The notes below the pieces were generated by a model, which saw only the letters and a list, made by a program, of their open reading frames with translations, was not told where the DNA came from and did no database searches. Of a stretch of 64,000 nucleotides of DNA, positions 27,841 to 35,702 are shown in pieces (positions within the stretch are counted from its first letter, which is position 1; each line of letters starts with the position of its first letter). The stretch comes from an uncultured Spirochaetaceae bacterium (GTDB lineage: Bacteria > Myxococcota_A > UBA9160 > UBA4427), in NCBI GenBank assembly GCA_964515335.1, contig CAZETS010000013.1, positions 11,728-75,727 of the forward strand, read 5' to 3'. The position numbers and the translations under genes were made by a program.

Positions 27841-27855
27841 GCCGCCGAAGGCGGC
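27841..27855. terminator. Short GC hairpin (GCCGCC-GAA-GGCGGC) between convergent rpmB and L31 genes
   Basis: Read directly. There is no clear T-tract, so this is a weak call. Confidence 0.3.
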
Positions 27856-27860
27856 CCCGC

Positions 27861-28109
27861 CTAGCTCTTCTTGCCGCCGTAGCGCTTCCGGAACCGGTCG
27901 ATCTTGCCGTCCGCGTCGAGTTCGCGGAGCTTGCCGGTCCAGAAGGGGTGGCTCGCGGAGGAGATCTCGAGGCGGACGACGGGCAGATCCTGGCCGTCGA
28001 CCTCGCGGGTCTCCTTGGAGGTCATGGTGGAGCGGGTGATCCACTCCTCGCCGGTCGCGGAGTCGTGGAAGATCACGTCGTGGTAGTTGGGGTGGATCTC
28101 GGGCTTCAA
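27861..28109 (-). CDS. rpmE2: 50S ribosomal protein L31, Cys-less type B form
   Basis: [12 protein letters not shown]...[10 protein letters not shown]. The protein contains no cysteine, so the zinc-ribbon CxxC pairs of type A L31 are absent. Confidence 0.9.
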   Translation of the reverse strand: MKPEIHPNYHDVIFHDSATGEEWITRSTMTSKETREVDGQDLPVVRLEISSASHPFWTGKLRELDADGKIDRFRKRYGGKKS

Positions 28110-28126
28110 GGCGCTCTCCCTCGCCG

Positions 28127-28432
28127 CTACCAGCTCGACTTCTTGACGCCCGGCAGCTGACCGGCCAGCGCCAGCTCACGCAGGGCGATGCGCGAGATGC
28201 CGAACTTGCGGTAGTAGGCCTTCGAGCGGCCCGAGACGCTGCAGCGGTGGTTGAGGCGCGTCGGGCACGAGTTGCGGGGCAGCTTGGCGAAAGCCTCCTG
28301 CACCTTGATCTTGTCCTCGACCGAGACGTTCGGGTCGTTGAGCTGCTTGCGCAGCTCGGCCCGGCGCTCCGCGTACTTGGCGATCAGCGCCTGGCGCTTG
28401 TTGTCTCGATTGATCTGCGACTTCTTGGCCAC
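28127..28432 (-). CDS. rpsN: 30S ribosomal protein S14, long 101-aa form
   Basis: GTG start. [20 protein letters not shown]...[17 protein letters not shown] is canonical long-form S14. It sits 17 bp upstream of the L31 gene on the same strand. Confidence 0.9.
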   Translation of the reverse strand: MAKKSQINRDNKRQALIAKYAERRAELRKQLNDPNVSVEDKIKVQEAFAKLPRNSCPTRLNHRCSVSGRSKAYYRKFGISRIALRELALAGQLPGVKKSSW

Positions 28433-28440
28433 GCCGCCCT

Positions 28441-28526
28441 CTCTAGGTTCTTCTCTAGGCTCTTCCGGCTCTCGTTCCGGCTCTCGTTCTGGATCTCGTA
28501 CCGGGAGTCGTCCCGGATCGTGGACC
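28441..28526. repeat. About seven degenerate direct repeats with a 12-bp period in the rpsN leader region
   Basis: Plus strand reads CTCTAGGTTCTT CTCTAGGCTCTT cc GGCTCTCGTTCC GGCTCTCGTTCT GGATCTCGTACC GGGAGTCGTCCC GGATCGTGGACC. On the rpsN mRNA strand this is purine-rich. Confidence 0.7.
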
Positions 28527-28819
28527 CCCCGCCGCCCGGCGGGCCCGAGTCGGGCCGGCTCTGGTGCGGGGCCGGATCCACGGGGCGCCCGAGGGTAGAG
28601 ACAAGCCCGCGGATACGCAAGCGAACCGCCGCGTGGCAGCGGCGAGCCCGCTGCGGGCCGGCTTCCCGCCCGCTCCGTCCGAGCCGGGCGTGCGCTGGTC
28701 TATGTTACCGGCCCCTCGGGTCGCGCCGCGGGCGATCCGGGCGGCTCCGACGCGCCGGATCGCGCGGGCCCGCCCCTTTGGCCCCCGGGCCGAGCGAAAG
28801 CCGAGCAGAGAAGGAAGCC

Positions 28820-31525
28820 ATGAGCGAGCAACCCACCCCGGGCGGGGCCGGCGGTCCCGCGTCCGGCCGTGTGCCGGCCATCGACCCGGCCGAGGTGCCG
28901 AAGCACTTCGACGCCCCCGAGGCCGAGGCGCGCTGGGACGCGGCCTGGCAGCAGGGCGGCATCTACCGCTGGGACCCGGACCGGCCCCGCGACGAGACCT
29001 ACGTGGTCGACACGCCGCCGCCCACGGCTTCCGGCTCGCTCCACGTGGGCCACGTCTTCTCCTACACGCAGGCCGATGTGATGGTGCGCTTCAAGCGCAT
29101 GCGCGGCATGAACATCTTCTACCCGATGGGTTGGGACGACAACGGCCTGCCCACCGAGCGCCGCGTGCAGAACTACTACCACGTGCGCTGTGACCCGACC
29201 CAGCCCTACGAGGAGGGGCTCGTCCTCGAAGAGGCCAGCGCGAAGGTGCGCAAGAAGCCGGCGCGCCTGATCTCGCGGCCGAACTTCATCGAGGCCTGCT
29301 ACAAGCTGATCGACGAGGACGAGGAGTACTTCCGCGCGCTCTGGCGCCGCCTCGGCCTCTCGGTGGACTGGACCCAGGAGTACCAGACCATCGACGATCA
29401 CTGCCGCCGCATCGCCCAGCGCTCGTTCCGCGACCTCTACGAGAAGGACCTCGTCTACACCAGCGAGGCGCCCACCATGTGGGACGTCGACTTCCAATGC
29501 GCGGTCGCGCAGGCCGAGCTCGAGGACAAGGTCGTCCCCGGCGCCTACCACCACATCGAGTTCGCGATCGAGGACAGCGACGACGCGTTCGTGATCGCGA
29601 CGACGCGCCCCGAGCTGCTCGGCGCCTGTGTGGGCGTGACCGCGCACCCGGACGACGAGCGCTACCGCGCGTTCTTCGGCAAGCGCGCGGTGACGCCGCT
29701 CTTCCGTGTGCCCGTGCCGTTCTTCCCCAGCGAGCTCGCCGACCCCGAGAAGGGCACCGGCGTGCTGATGGTCTGTACGTTCGGCGACCAGACCGACGTG
29801 CTCTGGTGGCGCGACGAGGGGCTGGCGCTGCGCCAGCTGATCGGTCGCAACGGACGGCTCGTGCCGGTCGAGTACGGGAGCGAGGGCTACGAGAGCCTCG
29901 ATCCGGCCGCCGCCAACGCCGCCTACGCGGAGCTCTCCGGCAAGAACGTCAAGCAGGCCCAGGCGCGCATCGTCGAGCTGTTGCGTGATCCCGCCGGCAG
30001 CGCGACGGGGCGCGGGGCGCCGCTGCAGGGCGAGCCCGAGAGCATCGAGCACTCGGTGAAGTACTTCGAGAAGGGCGATCGCCCGCTCGAGTTCCTGCCG
30101 ACCCGCCAGTGGTTCGCCCGGCTGCTCGACCGCAAGGACGAGCTGCTCGCGAAGGGCGCCGAGGTGAAGTGGCATCCGCCCTTCATGGCCGCCCGCTACC
30201 GCGACTGGACGGAGAACCTGAACCTCGACTGGTGCCTGAGCCGGCAGCGCTTCTTCGGCGTGCCGATTCCCGTCTGGTACCCGCTCGACGAGCACGGCGA
30301 GCCCGACTGGGGGCGCGCCATCGTGGCCGACTACGAGGCGATGCCCGTCGACCCCACCGTCGACGTGCCGCCCGGCTACGAGGCCGGCCAGCGAGACGAG
30401 CCGGGCGGCTTCACGGGTGATCCCGACATCTTCGACACCTGGTTCACCAGCTCGATGACGCCGCAGATCAGCTCGCACTGGGGGACCGACGACGACCGGC
30501 ACGCCCATCTCTTTCCCGCCGACGTGCGGCCGCAGGGTCACGACATCATCCGCACGTGGGCGTTCTACACGATCGCCAAGGCGCTGCTCCACGAGGGCGA
30601 CGTTCCCTGGCGCAACGCGATGATCTCGGGCTGGATCCTCGACCCCGACCGCAAGAAGATGTCGAAGAGCAAGGGCAACGTGATGACGCCGCTGCCGCTG
30701 CTCGAGCAGTACACCGCCGACGCGGGCCGCTACTGGGCGGCGAGCGCCCGGCTCGGCTCGGACACGGCCTTCGACGAGAAGGTCTGGAAGATCGGCAAGC
30801 GGCTGGTCACGAAGCTCTTCAACGCGGGCAAGTTCGTACTGAGCCAGACCGGCGAGGTGCACCCGATCGCCGACGAGCTCGACCGCGCGTTCGTGGCGAA
30901 GCTGGCCGAGCTGTCCCGGGCCTGCACGAAGTGGTTCGAGGGCTACGAGTACGCCCACGCCCTGCAGGAGACCGAGAGCTTCTTCTGGACCCACTTCACC
31001 GACACCTACCTCGAGCTCGCCAAGGTGCGCGCCCGCGCCTTCGCGGACGGGGCCGCGGGCGACGAAGCCGCTGCCAGCGGGTCCGCGGTGGCGGCGCTCC
31101 GGCTGGGGCTTTCGGTGTTGCTGCGGCTCTTCGCGCCGGTGCTGCCCTACATCACCGAGGAGGTCTGGTCGTGGTCCTTCGCGGCGGAGACGGGCCAGGC
31201 CAGCATCCACGCAGCGCCCTGGCCGAGCGAGCGCGACTTCGCAGACGTCGCGGCGCCCGAGCACGCAGGCAGCTTCGACGTCGCGGTGGCGGCGCTGACC
31301 GCCATCAACAAGGCCAAGGCCGACGGCGAGGTGTCGATGGGGCGCGAGGTCGAAAGCATGGTGCTCGTCGCCAACCCGGCGACGCTCGCGCGTGTCGCCG
31401 CCGTGAAGGGCGACGTGCTGCGAGCCGCGCGCTGCCTCGCCCACGAGACCGCCGAGGACGCCTCGCTCGAGGACGATGTCTTCGTGGTGCGCGACGCGGT
31501 CTTCGCCCCGAAGCCCGAGCGCTGA
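28820..31525 (+). CDS. valS: Valine--tRNA ligase
   Basis: ATG at 28820 follows GAAGGAAG. PPPTASGSLHVGH (HIGH-type), KMSKSKGN, and editing-domain and anticodon-binding blocks are present. 901 aa. Confidence 0.95.
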   Translation: MSEQPTPGGAGGPASGRVPAIDPAEVPKHFDAPEAEARWDAAWQQGGIYRWDPDRPRDETYVVDTPPPTASGSLHVGHVFSYTQADVMVRFKRMRGMNIFYPMGWDDNGLPTERRVQNYYHVRCDPTQPYEEGLVLEEASAKVRKKPARLISRPNFIEACYKLIDEDEEYFRALWRRLGLSVDWTQEYQTIDDHCRRIAQRSFRDLYEKDLVYTSEAPTMWDVDFQCAVAQAELEDKVVPGAYHHIEFAIEDSDDAFVIATTRPELLGACVGVTAHPDDERYRAFFGKRAVTPLFRVPVPFFPSELADPEKGTGVLMVCTFGDQTDVLWWRDEGLALRQLIGRNGRLVPVEYGSEGYESLDPAAANAAYAELSGKNVKQAQARIVELLRDPAGSATGRGAPLQGEPESIEHSVKYFEKGDRPLEFLPTRQWFARLLDRKDELLAKGAEVKWHPPFMAARYRDWTENLNLDWCLSRQRFFGVPIPVWYPLDEHGEPDWGRAIVADYEAMPVDPTVDVPPGYEAGQRDEPGGFTGDPDIFDTWFTSSMTPQISSHWGTDDDRHAHLFPADVRPQGHDIIRTWAFYTIAKALLHEGDVPWRNAMISGWILDPDRKKMSKSKGNVMTPLPLLEQYTADAGRYWAASARLGSDTAFDEKVWKIGKRLVTKLFNAGKFVLSQTGEVHPIADELDRAFVAKLAELSRACTKWFEGYEYAHALQETESFFWTHFTDTYLELAKVRARAFADGAAGDEAAASGSAVAALRLGLSVLLRLFAPVLPYITEEVWSWSFAAETGQASIHAAPWPSERDFADVAAPEHAGSFDVAVAALTAINKAKADGEVSMGREVESMVLVANPATLARVAAVKGDVLRAARCLAHETAEDASLEDDVFVVRDAVFAPKPER

Positions 31526-31537
31526 TCCGGGTTTCGG

Positions 31538-32785
31538 CTAGTCGCGCTGCTCGGCGGTCACGTCGAAGTAGTCGACGTAGCGCTTCACCCGGGCGCGCTC
31601 CTCTTCGAGGTCGAGGCCCGTGTCCGCGAAGGTGTGGCGGTGGCGGCCGTCGCGGTCGCTCGGGTTGCGGGCCACGTAGTCGCGCATCGCCTGCTCGACG
31701 TCCGGTCGCAGCTCGAGGTCGAAGCGGTCGTACATCTCACACACGGTGGCGATCGGGTCGCGCATGAAGCGGTCGAAGTGCAGGTCGACGACGCGGGACT
31801 CGGGGACGCGGCCGCTCTGTCGGAAGTCGACGGATCGTTCGTAGGCGCGCTGCAGCCAGTCCGACCACTCGCGCGCGACCTCGCCGTGGTCGATGTCGTC
31901 GCTGCACATCTTGCGCAACACGCACTCCAGGCTCGAGAGCGACGAGACGATCGCGATCGGATCGCGGTGGGTCTGCACCAGGCAGGCATCGGGGTATTCG
32001 TCCAACAGCGCGTCGAGGCACCAGAGATGCCCGGGCGACTTCACGACCCAGCGCTCGGCCGGGCAACGCCACCCGAGCAGCTGCAGGAAGCGGCGGTGCG
32101 TCCGGTAGGCGGGCGCCATGGCGGCTTCGTCGAGCAGCCAGCGCGTGTAGCCGGTGACGCGCCACTGGGCGGTGAAGATCAAGCTGCGAGCGTCGCTCGC
32201 GACGATCCGCACGCACTCCTGGGGCAGCTCGGCTCCCATCCGGTGCATGCGCTTGAAGTCGGGGAGGAGCGACTCGCTCTTGTCGAGCTGCGCCTGGCAG
32301 TCGGCGATGCGCGGGTCGTTCGTGTAGCCGTCCCGTTCGGGCGGAGGGAAGGGCGCGTCGCACTCCCAGGTGAGGGGGACGCGGTTGGCCGGGTCGAGCA
32401 TCAGCAGCTCGTGGAGGATCGTCGTGCCCGTGCGCCCCTGACCGACGATGAAGATCGGGCCGCGCACCGGCTCGGCGGAGATCTCGGGGTGCCGGGCGTG
32501 CCAGTCGTCGAGCTGCAGGCGGTTGCCGATCACGTTCGTGAGGTCGGCGCGCGCGATCAGGCGGCCCATGGTCGACAGCGCCGCGTCCTCCTCGAGAGAG
32601 CGTGTGAGCCGACCGAGGCCGACTCGGGTGTCGGCAGGCAGCGCGCCGTCGAGGCCCGTCGCCCGCCGGGCGGCCGCCTCGAGCGAGTCGGCGTCGAGTC
32701 CGCCCGGGCGCAGGCCGATCGCGGCCAGGGCGGCGCCGGCGTGGTTGAATAGCCTCGGCAGCAGGGGCAGGCTGGGCACTTCCAT
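31538..32785 (-). CDS. Sulfotransferase-family protein
   Basis: IFIVGQGRTGTTILHELL resembles a PAPS-binding 5'-PSB loop. A VVKSPGHLW block is present. 415 aa. Confidence 0.8.
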   Translation of the reverse strand: MEVPSLPLLPRLFNHAGAALAAIGLRPGGLDADSLEAAARRATGLDGALPADTRVGLGRLTRSLEEDAALSTMGRLIARADLTNVIGNRLQLDDWHARHPEISAEPVRGPIFIVGQGRTGTTILHELLMLDPANRVPLTWECDAPFPPPERDGYTNDPRIADCQAQLDKSESLLPDFKRMHRMGAELPQECVRIVASDARSLIFTAQWRVTGYTRWLLDEAAMAPAYRTHRRFLQLLGWRCPAERWVVKSPGHLWCLDALLDEYPDACLVQTHRDPIAIVSSLSSLECVLRKMCSDDIDHGEVAREWSDWLQRAYERSVDFRQSGRVPESRVVDLHFDRFMRDPIATVCEMYDRFDLELRPDVEQAMRDYVARNPSDRDGRHRHTFADTGLDLEEERARVKRYVDYFDVTAEQRD

Positions 32786-32851
32786 CGCGGTCTCCGGGTT
32801 GGCTCGGGTTGGGGTTCTGCCACGCCCGTGCTGACTCGTCCAGTCGATGCG

Positions 32852-32930
32852 AGCAATCTGTCCGATTCACAAAAATCAAAAACAATCAATGATCCATAGA
32901 ATATAAAAATGGAGTCTGTATAGTTATCTT
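32852..32930. promoter_or_regulatory. AT-rich island in the divergent sulfotransferase/TetR intergenic region
   Basis: GCAATCTGTCCGATTCACAAAAATCAAAAACAATCAATGATCCATAGAATATAAAAATGGAGTCTGTATAGTTATCTT lies directly before the TetR ATG. It contains TCCAT-N11-ATGGA and several TATA-like hexamers. Confidence 0.45.
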
Positions 32931-33617
32931 ATGGGGCACCGGATCGACAAGCAGCGTCGTCAGCGCGCCGAGATCATCGCGAACACGATCGCATTGTCGC
33001 GGGAAGTCGGGCCGGAGGCCGTCCGGGTGCGCGACGTCGTCGCGCGCTCCAACATCAGCGACGCGACTTTCTTCAACTATTTCGCGGGCAAGGACGCCGT
33101 CCTCCGCGAGTGGCTGGAAGACCTGGTCGACGAGACCCTACGCGCTGCCGGTTCCAGCGGCGCCGAGCCCGGCGCGCAGCGACGAGGGCTGCGAAGAGCG
33201 CTCCGCGCGCTCGCCGCCGACCTGGCCGTCCACGCCGCCGCAGACACCAGGACCTTCGCGTACGCGCTCGATGCGGCCCGTTTCGTGGCGCTCGCCGACG
33301 AGTCGGAAACCCTCGCCCGCGGCCGCCCCAGGCGCGCGAACTCCGCGCTCGAGCTGGTCGAGGACGCACGGGCGCGGGGCGAGATTCGCGCGGACGTGCC
33401 CGCGTACGAGGTCGCCGGGATGCTGCGCGCCGTGGTCCTGGCGGCCCTCGCCAACGGGCTGCGCGGCTCGCCGCTGCCCGCCCGTGAGCTGGCCGCGCGC
33501 GTGAGGGCCGCCGCCGACGTGCTGCTCGACGGCCTGCGCAAGCGCAACGAGCGCGTGCGGGCCCCCGGCCGTGCGGCCCGGGCGCCGGCGCCGGCTACCG
33601 GGCCTGCTGGTAGCTGA
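32931..33617 (+). CDS. TetR/AcrR-family transcriptional regulator
   Basis: The N-terminal HTH (VRVRDVVARSNISDATFFNYFAGKDAVL) is typical of TetR_N. Confidence 0.85.
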   Translation: MGHRIDKQRRQRAEIIANTIALSREVGPEAVRVRDVVARSNISDATFFNYFAGKDAVLREWLEDLVDETLRAAGSSGAEPGAQRRGLRRALRALAADLAVHAAADTRTFAYALDAARFVALADESETLARGRPRRANSALELVEDARARGEIRADVPAYEVAGMLRAVVLAALANGLRGSPLPARELAARVRAAADVLLDGLRKRNERVRAPGRAARAPAPATGPAGS

Positions 33618-34266
33618 ACGCCTCCACGGCCAGCACCTCGCCGTCGGGCGCGACGACCGACACCGACCAGTCGCCCACCTGCTCGGGCTGCAGCCGCTTG
33701 CTCGACCACACCCGCCAGCGCTCGCCGCGCACCTCGAAGGGCACTTCGGCGGTCACCTCTCCCATGTACTCCCAGCGGTGGATCACGGTCGCTCCGCCGA
33801 GGTCGCGCAGGTCGGAGTAGAAGAGGATCTCGCGCACATCGTTGCCGAGGAACGTCACGGCGTCGACCGGCTCGTGGTTCTCGACGCCGGTCGTGAACTG
33901 CACGAGCGCCACGTGCGGGACGCGGCCGTCGGCGGGGGCGAGCGCCGGCGGGCTCGTCGCGGGGGGCGGCTCGTCCGCTGCGGGGCTCGGCGGCGCGGGG
34001 GCGTCCGTGCTCTGTGGCAGCGCTGCGTCGTCGGGCGCCGGCTCGCTCGTCGTGCCGACCTCGGCGGGTGGCGCCGGCTCGCTCGTTGTGCGGACCTCGA
34101 CGGGTGGCGTCGGCTCGACTTCGGGGGGCGGCGCCTGCGCGGTGGCTGCCTGATCGGCCGGCCCGGGCGCGGCCGCGGTGGTTTCGCCGTCGCTCGCGCA
34201 GCCGGATCCGATCCACAGAGCGGCTGCGGCGACCGCCAGCCGCCGCCAGCCCGATGCCAGGCGCAT
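33595..34266 (-). CDS. Lipoprotein with a Pro/Ala-rich linker and a C-terminal DUF2914-like domain
   Basis: ATG at 34266 (MRLASGWRRLAVAAAALWIGSGC lipobox). The C-terminus reads VIHRWEYMGE...GERWRVWSSKRL..GDWSVSVV, which resembles DUF2914. Confidence 0.65.
   Translation of the reverse strand: MRLASGWRRLAVAAAALWIGSGCASDGETTAAAPGPADQAATAQAPPPEVEPTPPVEVRTTSEPAPPAEVGTTSEPAPDDAALPQSTDAPAPPSPAADEPPPATSPPALAPADGRVPHVALVQFTTGVENHEPVDAVTFLGNDVREILFYSDLRDLGGATVIHRWEYMGEVTAEVPFEVRGERWRVWSSKRLQPEQVGDWSVSVVAPDGEVLAVEAFSYQQAR
34034..34127. repeat. 36-bp tandem duplication (two copies plus a partial third) inside the lipoprotein linker
   Basis: GGCGCCGGCTCGCTCGTCGTGCCGACCTCGGCGGGT and GGCGCCGGCTCGCTCGTTGTGCGGACCTCGACGGGT differ at 3 of 36 positions. 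They encode TTSEPAPPAEVG / TTSEPAPPVEVR on the minus strand. Confidence 0.7.
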
Positions 34267-34369
34267 TTGCTGTCTCCTCGATTTCGCGTTCGGCGTGATG
34301 CGAGCGCCAGTATGCGGGAGCCGCCGCCGGCGCGCTGCCGCGTCGCGCGCGCGGCTACACTCGCCGCCC

Positions 34370-34978
34370 ATGGAGATGATCCTCGTCCGTCACGGTCTGC
34401 CCGTCCGCCGCGTCTCCGAGGACGGCACGCCCGCCGACCCGCCGCTCTCGGAGACGGGCCGCGCCCAGGCCGAGGCGGCAGCGGACTGGCTCGCCAGAGA
34501 GCCGATCGATCGCATCTACGCCAGTCCCCTGCGCCGGGCCCGCGAAACCGCCGAGCCCCTCGCCAAGCGGCTCGGCCTCGAGATCGAGCTCGATCCGCGC
34601 ATCGCCGAGTACGACCGCGACTCGGACACCTACGTGCCCCTCGAAGAGCTTCGCGAGCTCGACTACGAGGCCTGGCGCGACTTCATGAGCCGCGGCTATC
34701 CCGAGGGCATGGACCTCGAGGACTTCCGCCACGGGGTCGTCACGGCCTGCGACGAGATCATTCGCACGAACGGCGGCCGGCGTGTCGTGGTGGTGTGTCA
34801 CGGGGGTGTGATCAACACCTGGGCTTCCCACGTCGTCGGGCTCGGCTTCAAGCTCTTCTTCAATCCGGGCTACACGTCGATCAACCGCTTCCTCGGATCG
34901 AGCGACGGCGTGCGCAGCGTCGGCAGCCTCAACGAGGTGCCGCATCTGCGGTCCGTCCGGCCCGATGCGCCCGCATGA
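34370..34978 (+). CDS. Histidine phosphatase family (phosphoglycerate-mutase-like) protein
   Basis: ATG at 34370. ILVRHG catalytic RHG motif, SPLRRARETA and VVVVCHGGVI blocks are present. Confidence 0.85.
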   Translation: MEMILVRHGLPVRRVSEDGTPADPPLSETGRAQAEAAADWLAREPIDRIYASPLRRARETAEPLAKRLGLEIELDPRIAEYDRDSDTYVPLEELRELDYEAWRDFMSRGYPEGMDLEDFRHGVVTACDEIIRTNGGRRVVVVCHGGVINTWASHVVGLGFKLFFNPGYTSINRFLGSSDGVRSVGSLNEVPHLRSVRPDAPA

Positions 34979-34985
34979 GGGCGCG

Positions 34986-35567
34986 ATGAAGCGGGTCTGC
35001 GTCTTCCTGGGATCGAGCCACGGCAGCCGCCCCGAGTACGCCGATGCGGCCCGCGAGCTCGGCGCCGAGCTCGCGAAGCGCGGCCTCGAGCTCGTCTACG
35101 GCGGCGGGGACGTCGGGCTGATGGGTGTACTCGCTGACGCCGTGCTCGAGGCGCGCGGGCACGTGATCGGCGTGATCCCCGAGGCGCTCGTCGCCCGGGA
35201 GGTCGTCCACCGCGGGCTGCCCGATCTGCGCGTCGTGCGCTCGATGCACGAGCGCAAGGCGACGATGGCCGATCTCGCCGATGCGTTCGTGACACTGCCG
35301 GGTGGTCTCGGCACCTTCGAGGAGTGCTTCGAGATCCTCACCTGGGCACAGCTCGGCATGCACCGGAAGCCCTGCGGCCTGCTGGACGTCGGCGGCTACT
35401 TCCGGGCCCTGCAGGCGATGCTCGGGCATGCGGCCGAGGAGGGCTTCCTGCGCGCCGAGCACCTCGAGCTGCTCGCGGTGGCGGACACGCCCGCGGCGCT
35501 GCTCGACGCCTTCGCGTCGCACCGCCCGCCCGACACCGAGAAGTGGCTCGACCGCGACACGGTCTGA
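34986..35567 (+). CDS. LOG-family (TIGR00730-type) nucleotide phosphoribohydrolase
   Basis: ATG at 34986. VYGGGDVGLMG and PGGLGTFEE are the LOG signature motifs. Confidence 0.9.
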   Translation: MKRVCVFLGSSHGSRPEYADAARELGAELAKRGLELVYGGGDVGLMGVLADAVLEARGHVIGVIPEALVAREVVHRGLPDLRVVRSMHERKATMADLADAFVTLPGGLGTFEECFEILTWAQLGMHRKPCGLLDVGGYFRALQAMLGHAAEEGFLRAEHLELLAVADTPAALLDAFASHRPPDTEKWLDRDTV

Positions 35568-35635
35568 TCGCGCCTCGCCCGGATCGGTCGTCCCCCACGG
35601 CGACGCGCAGCAAGCCCGCAGCGCCGGACGGAAGT

Positions 35636-35688
35636 CCGGTTCGGCCGGGCCGGGCGCGGCGGCCGGTTCAAGCCCTGCGCCGAACCGG
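35636..35688. other. Perfect 10-bp inverted repeat CCGGTTCGGC-N33-GCCGAACCGG
   Basis: Read directly in the LOG / TPR-cNMP intergenic region. Its role (terminator or operator) is unknown. Confidence 0.3.
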
Positions 35689-35702
35689 GCGAAGAGCAGG
35701 GC

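Noticed and set aside
28251-28598. Track ORFs across the rpsN leader repeats, translating to [21 protein letters not shown] or the antisense equivalent
   Set aside because: The periodic peptide is a by-product of the 12-bp DNA repeat. There is no start context or family resemblance, so it is treated as a non-coding repeat.
34986-35567. LOG-family protein as a possible nucleotide-based defence effector
   Set aside because: It has the ordinary housekeeping LOG/TIGR00730 motifs and size. It has no fused sensor or effector domains and no defence-type neighbours.
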